DNA of 63,500 bases, filler included, from Anaerolineae bacterium (lineage in GTDB: Bacteria > Chloroflexota > Anaerolineae > Epilineales > Epilineaceae): assembly GCA_029262755.1 (NCBI GenBank). It is 6 parts of 6 records of this genome, joined end to end, with 100 filler letters (N's around TTAATTAATTAA, not from the genome) between each part and the next. Parts side by side here need not be neighbours in the genome. Positions count along the whole stretch, not along the records: positions 59,735 to 63,500 come from JAJCYU010000363.1; 5 more parts are not named here. The stretch is one strand, 5' to 3'. The notes below the pieces were generated by a model. The model was not told the DNA's origin. It saw nothing but the letters and a program-made list of their open reading frames with translations, and did not search any database. Of the stretch, positions 59,735 through 63,500 are shown piece after piece. How positions within the stretch are numbered: position 1 is the first letter of the stretch; each line of letters starts with the position of its first letter. The position numbers and the translations under genes are program-made.

Positions 59735-60784
59735 CGGGGGGGTGTGGTGGTGTGTGGTGGGGGGGGCGGCCCGCGGGCGGCGGGGGGCGCCGGCCCCGAC
59801 GACCGGCTCGGCGGCCGCGGCGAGAAGGCAGATGCTGAGCCCGGGGGGTACGCTCGGGGCGGTGGTCCAACACTCGATCCCGCCCGCGGTCGTTACGCCG
59901 CAGGAGTACGTGCTACCGGCGCTCGCCTGTACGTAGGTGCCTGGGGTCTCGGGGCCGGACTGGCCGAAGTTGTTGGCGCCCCAACATTCGATGGATTGGT
60001 CGGTGCGCACACCGCAGCCTTGTGAATCCCCGCCGGACACCGAGGTGAATGGCCCAGCGGGAATCGCCGATACCTGGCCGACATTATCGCGTCCCCAGCC
60101 GACGATCTCGCCGTCGTCGCGCAGGGCGTAGGAGGTCAGGCGCGCCACCGAGAGCTGCGTGTATGTCCCGGCTGGAACAGGCGACGATTGGCCAAGGTCG
60201 TTGCGGCCCCAGCACTCTACGGCGCCGCTGGCACGCAGACCACACGTATGGCCATCTCCGGCGCTGACCTGGGTGAAGACCCCACCCGGATTCCCGGAGA
60301 TCTGGCCGAAGGCATTCGAGCCCCAACACTCGATCGTGCCGCTGGGACGCAGTCCGCAATCGTGCGTGTTGCCGGTCTCGACCTGTACGAAGGTGCCCGC
60401 CGGCACACCGGACACCTGGCCGGACGTGTCTAGACCCCAGCATACGATCGTGCCGTCTGTGCGCAACGCACACGCGTGCTGCTGGCCGCCGAAGAAGCTG
60501 TTCTGGGCGGCCACCTCGGTGAACGTCCCGCTCGGCGCCCCGGAGACGAGGCCGTTCGCATCGCCACCCCAACAAGTCAGGGTCCCGTCGCTTTCAATCA
60601 CACACGGGGAACCGGAGCCGGCTGCCAACGCGGGGCCCGTCAACACCACGCTGCAGGCCGCCCCCTGAGCCAGCGCCGGTGGCGGCGCGGCCTGTGTCGC
60701 AGCGAGGAGCAGCGCACACATGGCGATGGCCGCCCAGATTCGAAGGTGCAGTGACTCACGGCGCGGTAGCAGGACGGTTGTCAC
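59735..60784 (-). CDS. Secreted RCC1/BLIP-II-like repeat beta-propeller protein (3' end cut)
   Basis: Signal peptide; about 7 repeats of F.QVSAG..H.CGLR..G..ECWG.N..GQ. Confidence 0.88.
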
Positions 60785-61460
60785 AACGAGTTCCTTATTG
60801 TTGGTGAGCCTGTGGTTGGCTCCCCCACTCATCGAAGGGTCGATCATACGGACTTGGGTTCCGGATGGCCAGCATCAGCCATCACCTTCGCTAAGACGAG
60901 CCCGAGCTGGATCCAAACCGCAGGTTGCAGGTCAAGGTCCTGTCCCGCCTGAATGAGCATTGGCCCGGACTTCAGCAAAGAATCCAGTGCTAGCGACAAT
61001 CGCCGGCTTCCCGAAATGGGGAAGGGCTCTCGTTTGGGCGCATCCTGCAGATGAGGCAAGGCCTGTGACCCGCTCTCTGAGAGCATTCCGTTGCGTCCAC
61101 CTGCCATCAGGCCACCGCCAACGCGCCTTTGCGAGAGCGTCGGCCTTAGCATCCGTACTCAGCTCCCTGACCCAGAGCCCGGCTGCGCTCCCGGTGCGAA
61201 TACTATCTCGTATCTTCGCGGTCGGGGCCGTCCCCTTCTGCTGGCAAGGTAGACCGTCGGAGCGTTCACGTAGATCACGCAGCGGCCGCGCTAGGCAGCC
61301 GACCGTTGCAAAGAACGTCCGTCGTGCACCTGCGACGCCCGTCCCCGGGACGTGCGTTCGCGTGTCCAACGCTGCAGTCTCCGCGAAGCGCAAGGGTCGT
61401 GGGGCCGGGGAATCGCTCCCTCGCCGCGACCAGTGCACACGCCTCCGGGAGTTGATTGCT

Positions 61461-63500
61461 ATGCGAATGCGATACGCCGTCGGCCTCGCGCTGGCCGCGT
61501 TGAACGCGGTAGCCACGAGCGCAGCATCCGCCGCGGCACGCGATACCGGACTCGTGCTCGACACCGCACCGCTGCTCGGGCCGGCACTCTCGCACTCACG
61601 AACGCCCCAACGCGTGCTCGCGGACGAGTCGGCCAACGTACTTGGAGCTCCGCTCCAGACGGATCTGGCGTCGTGGCGGTCCATGGGCGTGATGGGCAGC
61701 AGTCCCGGCGGTGGATACCTTCGGACGATCGGCGTGGAGCCGGATCGCGAACTCGTGTGGGCCGGTGAGGGCGCGCACGTCGTGGCGCTACGGTCCGGGC
61801 CGAACGGCCTACGCCCAGTGGGGCGCAGTCCGGCCCTACCCGGCGTGATCGTGGACGTGGGCGTCGGTGACGGCTTCGCGGTTGCCGTTGCGCACGGGCA
61901 GGAGCAGACCGCTTGGTTGCTCGACACGCGCGATCCCACGTGGCCGCGGAAGGTACGTCCGATTCGTGTTTCGGGAACGGTACATGCAGTAGCCGCCGAC
62001 GGGATGGACGTCGCGCTCGTCGTGGACCGCGAGCTGGTGCATCTGCGCGTGGTCGACGCGAGCCGCGCCTTCGAGGTCGGTCGGTTGGCTGTGCAGATAG
62101 AAGGTAGCCGTGGCGTATGGCGGGTGAGCATGGAGGGCGGGTGGGCTGCTGTTTCTCTCTCCTTCGGTGGGATCGAAGTCGTGCGTCTGGATCGAGGCGC
62201 AGGCGAGCCACCACGCCACGAGACGTTGATCGACAGTAGCTCGATCCAACGAACGCGCATGCTTGATGGCTACCTCTATGTCCTGGAATCCATGGGGCCC
62301 GTCGGGTCGTCGGACCGTGTCCCTACCGTAAGCGTGTTTGGGGTCGTGCCGCGCAGCGAGAGGCGCATCCTGGCACAGGCAGGTCTGTCTCGGATCCTGT
62401 CGGACTTCGGCGTAGATCGCGGTGCGCTGTGGGTCCTCGAGCGGGCATTCGCTGGCAAGGAGTCCACGCTGCTAAAGAGGCGGATCGAAGCCGGCGGACT
62501 GCCCGGAGATTGGGAATCGGCAATCATCGTCGACGACGTGGATGTAGAGCCCTATTCTGGATCGCCCTTGATTCTTGAGCGGGGAGCGGGCGCAACCGTC
62601 GTGACCGTGGGAGGACGCGCTGCCCGCTGGCTGCCGGATGCGGGCGCGAACGCGCCGGCGCGTCTCGCGACGGCTCCGTGGCGGACCGAGTCGAACCTGC
62701 AACGCAGCCATGTCGTGGCCGCGCCATGGTTGGTGACCGTGGGCACGCATGGGTCGATGGAGTTCTATCGCGTCGGCGGGGACCGGCTGGCGACGCCCGC
62801 CGCCGTTTGGCTGCCCGAACGTTGGGCCTTCCATGCCGATACGATGCGCGATGCCGTCCTCGTCGGCGATCGACTGTGGGTGGCCACCGCGAACCGACTC
62901 GATGTGTTCGACGTGTCGGACCCGGCCGATATCCGGCATGTGGCAACGCGACCGGACCATCTGAATGGAGCGAACCTCAGCACGGACGGGGAGCACGTGT
63001 TCGTGGCGGGCCAGCACGGGCTGGACATTATCCGCGCGGATGCGCAGCAACTGCACCCGCCGCTCGCGACATGGCGATGGTCTCGTCGCACTCCGGTATC
63101 CAGCATCTATGCCGACGGTCATGTCTGGGTGGGCACGGACGGGACCGGCGCAGCGCTGTCCGTCATCGACGTTTCCACCCCGTCCCGCCCGCGCTTTATG
63201 TCGGACGTCTCGATGCCGGCCGGCGTGATATCGATCGCCGAGTACGGCAAGCTCCTAACCACGCTCACGGCTTCGCCCGCGGGACTACACACCATCGACA
63301 TCTTCGACCGCTCCGATCCGGCAGCGTTGGTCGTGCTTGGCCATTTGGATTTGGATCTGGAATCCGCGCCAGGCTTGCCTACCCGCTGGACGCGAAGATC
63401 GATGATCCAATCCCGCGGCGATCTGTACATCGCGCACCCAGCGCGGGGCGTGCTGCACGTCGATATCTCCGTACCCGAGTTGCCCGATGAAGTCGGCAGC
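61461..63500 (+). CDS. Secreted LVIVD-repeat beta-propeller protein (runs off the window; absent from the ORF track)
   Basis: Manual translation MRMRYAVGLALAALNAVATSAASA.. continues to the window end; repeats WLLDTRDPTWP, LDVFDVSDPADI, LSVIDVSTPSRP, VLHVDISVPELP. Confidence 0.82.
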   Translation, partial: MRMRYAVGLALAALNAVATSAASAAARDTGLVLDTAPLLGPALSHSRTPQRVLADESANVLGAPLQTDLASWRSMGVMGSSPGGGYLRTIGVEPDRELVWAGEGAHVVALRSGPNGLRPVGRSPALPGVIVDVGVGDGFAVAVAHGQEQTAWLLDTRDPTWPRKVRPIRVSGTVHAVAADGMDVALVVDRELVHLRVVDASRAFEVGRLAVQIEGSRGVWRVSMEGGWAAVSLSFGGIEVVRLDRGAGEPPRHETLIDSSSIQRTRMLDGYLYVLESMGPVGSSDRVPTVSVFGVVPRSERRILAQAGLSRILSDFGVDRGALWVLERAFAGKESTLLKRRIEAGGLPGDWESAIIVDDVDVEPYSGSPLILERGAGATVVTVGGRAARWLPDAGANAPARLATAPWRTESNLQRSHVVAAPWLVTVGTHGSMEFYRVGGDRLATPAAVWLPERWAFHADTMRDAVLVGDRLWVATANRLDVFDVSDPADIRHVATRPDHLNGANLSTDGEHVFVAGQHGLDIIRADAQQLHPPLATWRWSRRTPVSSIYADGHVWVGTDGTGAALSVIDVSTPSRPRFMSDVSMPAGVISIAEYGKLLTTLTASPAGLHTIDIFDRSDPAALVVLGHLDLDLESAPGLPTRWTRRSMIQSRGDLYIAHPARGVLHVDISVPELPDEVGS

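Noticed and set aside
59735..59800. G-rich GGT/GGG tract at the contig start (possible G-quadruplex or poly-His/Pro tail)
   Set aside because: It lies at a contig end and looks like low-quality sequence.
60848..61460. Possible riboswitch or small gene between the RCC1 and LVIVD genes
   Set aside because: No recognisable aptamer consensus or convincing ORF on either strand.

Overview
High-GC bacterial DNA made of six contig fragments joined by artificial N44-TTAATTAATTAA-N44 linkers, so adjacency across linkers is not real. The gene content suggests Chloroflexota (inference). Housekeeping genes include class II aldolase, rpiA, ssb, mraZ-rsmH-ftsL, pepA, a PlsC-like acyltransferase and a PrsA-like PPIase. 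There are also many large secreted proteins (NHL/beta-propeller, vWA, LVIVD, RCC1, beta-helix, LysM). The main candidate system is a short hydrophobic-(Y/W/L)-L-P peptide at the mature termini of unrelated secreted proteins, usually next to Pro/Thr linkers. The same peptide recurs inside putative scaffold proteins, suggesting a surface-docking system. Other highlights: two single-chain tandem Crp/Fnr proteins with asymmetric cNMP pockets beside GT4, NUDIX and nucleotidyltransferase genes; apparent pseudoenzymes (HemC, MBL-fold protein, atypical response regulator); a LysW-like protein with an Asp tail; a structured SD-occluding leader on a LysM gene; a candidate MITE; DnaA, LexA-like and MraZ sites between ssb and mraZ; a perfect CRP box; and a probable CTG start codon. 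I saw no rRNA, tRNA, CRISPR array, transposase or reverse transcriptase.
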